A DNA stretch of 64,000 nucleotides from positions 42,286,001 to 42,350,000 of the forward strand of contig CM052816.1 in assembly GCA_028534125.1 (NCBI GenBank), in the 5' to 3' direction. Positions 59,501-64,000 of the stretch are shown here, in pieces; position 1 is the stretch's first letter, and each line of letters begins with the position of its first letter. Below the pieces are notes generated by a model that was given only the letters and a program-made list of their open reading frames with translations, did not search any database and was not told the origin of the DNA. This DNA comes from Lama glama. Its lineage: Eukaryota. The translations under genes and the position numbers were made by a program.

Positions 59501-61104
59501 TAAGGAAGTTTGGAGGACAGTATCACTTTCACCTTCAGTTTTAAAAAGCAAGGTCAAATCAGGGGAAAGATCTAATTTGGTAAAGGCACAAACCCTAGAA
59601 CAACAATAAAAAATAAACCAGAAGCCAAAAAGTCTCTCAATAACTAAGGGTTCAAAGAGAAAAGTTAGGCTCACTGAAGGTGAATGCTCTAAAGAAAACA
59701 GAACTGTGCAGAGGCCAGGAGGTAGGAAACACCAGTTAGACTAAAATCAAATACAGTGCAGCTGAAACCCAAACAAATGCCCCCATTCAAAAAAAAAAAA
59801 GAGACAGACCAGAAAAGCTTAGAAAATATTACACTTCTCTGTACTCCTTAGGGCCCCAACACATTTGAAATAAACTGCTTCATGCTCACATACCTTTCAA
59901 ACAACCTTCTAATCACGTAAAGATAACAAGGCATGCTACAAAAACTCTCAAGGCTGAGAAGTTACCCAGATGAGAAAGGTTTATGTCAGAAGTTAATTTG
60001 TAATTCTAAAAAGGGCTTAAAATCATTTATTCTAATTGCTCAGTGTCTCTTTCCCAGAACGGAAATGATCTAACTCAAGGACGTAAAAACTCATCATGGC
60101 CTTTTGCAAAGCTGACAAAGACATGACAAAAATTAAGTTGTACAGATGCATTAATACTTCTAAATAACGATGTAATTGCTTACCCCCTATAGCTTAAGTC
60201 CATGGACTAAACATGCAATAATTCATAATTCACATCTACCATTACCAGCAAAGGTATATCTATCACAAATCAACTTTAAGCAAGTGATGTAAAAATGAGA
60301 TTTGTATTTAATGCACTATTGTAAATTGCACCAATTGCCAGTGTTAACACTGGCAGCATCAGATGCCAAAAAAGCTTTTAAATGCCTGGAAGGAGCATGC
60401 TTTCCAAAACTGTTAGGGCAAAGGAAATAAATAAATAAATACAAGGAACTGAGAAGAGGAAAAAAAAATCACCTTCTTCTTGTCACTTAATATTAATAGC
60501 AAGAGCATAAAGGGTAGTCAGAGAAAACAGATCTCTGGACTTCTTAATCAAGGGCAGAAGAAAGCAGGCTGTTCTTTCTTTCTTTCCTTTGAAATTTATC
60601 AGTACAACCAGGAGGTGTGGCTGAGATAAATCACTCCAGCTTTCAGGCCCAGCAAGTGGCAACACTCAAGTATACTAGCTCATTTTTGGATGAATTTACA
60701 GTTCACTTTTAAAACCAACAACAATAAAAGTTGATCCCTAAGAGTATCTATCTACACACGAGCAATTATTGAATTTCACAATTTCACAAAAATCCTAGTT
60801 TGCAGTAATACATCTAGTGTTCTCCTCTGACCATTCTCTACAAATTTTAAATCAGCTCAGGTAAAATTTTCTTTGAGATGGTTGCAACTAAAAATGTCTA
60901 TTATGCCCTCTTTAACCTATAATTTGACATTTGATAATGATGCTAAATTATTTCAACATATTTTAAAGGCCCAGGACATGGAATTGTTCCAATGCCATTG
61001 CATGAAGATTTGGATAGCCAACATATTTATTCTCCTAGTATACACAAAGTATAAATAAATAAGCCTTCAAAATATGGAAGACCAACTCACCTTTTTCAAT
61101 TAAA

Positions 61105-61345
61105 AATGGTAGAGACTAGGATTCAAGCTTGGGTCCAACTGAGTTCAAAACCTGTCTTCCTAATTTACTACTTTTATGGCCCTAACCTCTCTACACTTTA
61201 GTTTTCTCACCTGTAAAAAGGAAGCAAACAAACAAACAAATCTTCTGCCTAATGCTGTTGTGGAGATTAAAAGAGATGATTTACAAAGCTTTTTGCAGAG
61301 CTTGTGGCACATAGAGATGAATAAATGATAACTGCAATTACTGTG
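61105..61345. mobile_element. Two MIR fragments in opposite orientation
   Basis: 'ggtagagactaggattcaagcttgggtccaactgagttcaaaacc' (-) then 'taacctctctacactttagttttctcacctgtaaaa...gagattaaaagagatgat' (+). Confidence 0.65.
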
Positions 61346-62374
61346 AGGAAACAAAGGATGTTTAGAATACCATAATTTGAAAACTTACAAACATGACAGG
61401 TTATGTACGCTACCTTTGTTTCAGAAAATCTTAAAGGTAGCTTACAAAGATACTTAAAATACAGAGTCACTAAATCAAAATGTAAACCCCAAAAAAGAGA
61501 ATAACAAAAGATGAGGTTCATTTTAAAAAGGCAAAGTCAGAAAGGATGAGCTCCATCAGTTATATACAAGTATGATTTCTAGGGTAGAACAATTACTTAG
61601 GAAAATAAATCAATAATTAGTTGACACTAAAGCAGGACAGGATTTTTTTCCCAAGAGTCTTTCAAAAGAGGACAACAAATAGAAAAAACTTCTATAGTAT
61701 CATTACAAAAGATAAATTTCACAGACTTTCTCAATACAGACACCACACCAAATTGCAGTGACACATTTTTTTATAAAATCAGAAATCCCATACTAAGCAA
61801 CCAAAAGCACTTTTTGAATTTAAGAAGTTAATAATACAATAGACTTTGTGCTGGGTTTACAAAGAGATTCCCCCTAGGGACTATTTCTGCACGAAGCAGA
61901 AATCTGATAGATGGATGTCACCTCATTAAAGAAGCCCACCATCCTATGTACTGATCTTTCCGAAAGGGTTTTCATGGAGAAAGGAGAAAGCAGGTAATTT
62001 TTGCCATTAAATAGTTTGAATGAATGGAAAACATCTCTGTAAGAGGGGTTAAGAATCATACTAGAAATTATAGCTGTTAAGAACTCCGTAGAATTTAAGC
62101 TTTATCACTTCCCCAGAGCTTGTTAAACTCTGTTTTTTCTTAGGAAGTAATGTCAAAACTCTGAAAATGAAATAGGCAACAAATTAGGAAGACTGCATTC
62201 CGTATCACTACCAGTCTGAAAGGGAGGAAAGAGGAGAAGGGGAAGAGAAGGGGAAAGCCTTAGGAGTAGACTTTGAAATAGTTAGTCCTTGGGGTCTGGT
62301 AATTCCTGGCCAAAGTCACGTTGATGCCAAAAAAAATAGAGTTATCTCATAGAAAGAGAATAAAAATAATATAT

Positions 62375-62600
62375 GACCTCTACTGAGTGCTAACTGAGCA
62401 CTTTAAGTATCCCATTTCAAGCTCATAACAACTTTATGAGGGAAGTACTAAGTACTATTATTATTACTACTACCTTTGTACCAATAAGGAAACAGATTCA
62501 AAAGTCAAATCATTTGCTAGCACTTCCACACAGCTTGCAAATGGCAGAGCCAGGATTCAAAGGTAGACAGTCTAACCCCAAAGCTCTCTTACAAAACCCC
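62375..62600 (-). mobile_element. MIR SINE
   Basis: 'ctcataacaactttatgagggaagtact...aataaggaaacagatt...atggcagagccaggattcaaaggtagacagtctaaccccaaagctctctt'. Confidence 0.85.
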
Positions 62601-62976
62601 ACATCAGATGAAAATTCCACTCACACCACTGATCCAGTTTCTCACCATCTAGGTTAAGTCTGAACTTTAAAGAGCTAACTTTAGGCACCCACCTCATCAC
62701 TGAGGGAAATCACTGAGGTCTCTGTAAATAAGAAACTATAATTATTCATATCTATCCATTCAATTTGACATTTATAGAGTTCTTATTCACTGGGCTAGCA
62801 ACCCAGAAGTTCACTCTTTAAATATAAGGGCACTTTAGATACCATGTAAACTGTTAAGCAAAAACCTATCATCAACTTTGGAGAATACATCTGATGATTG
62901 CTTTGCTCCTAAAGGCTGCAAAATCCTTCTAGTTAAATAACAGGCTCAGAATAATCTGCATAGAATCAGAGTTGTT

Positions 62977-64000
<1,024 letters not shown>

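Noticed and set aside
59405..59674. Minus ORF with a good acceptor and gtaagt donor
   Set aside because: Its donor half lies in a Charlie-like DNA transposon fragment and the peptide is unrecognisable; at most a cryptic exon.

Overview
Mammalian (very probably camelid) non-coding DNA, roughly half interspersed repeats. There is no credible full protein-coding gene, RNA gene, CRISPR array or prokaryote-type system. The camelid call rests on three tRNA-derived SINEs of the Vic-1 type and cetartiodactyl-style L1 3' ends. Repeats include L1s of several ages (several with clear target-site duplications, TSDs), L2, CR1/L3, MIR, two ERV1 solo LTRs with 4-bp TSDs, MaLR/ERVL LTRs and hAT DNA transposons. 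There is one 500-N assembly gap. L1s and LTRs lie mostly on the + strand, which suggests a large intron of a gene transcribed on the - strand; a few unverified exon and microexon candidates fit that. The most unusual structure is a nested L1 block at about 44.8-50.6 kb. It holds a CpG-rich, YY1-motif-bearing, poly(A)-tailed insert (47158-47670) that looks like a retrocopy of a short promoter-initiated transcript, plus a second TSD-flanked non-L1 insert. Repeat family names come from recalled consensus similarity, not a search. Boundaries without TSDs are approximate.
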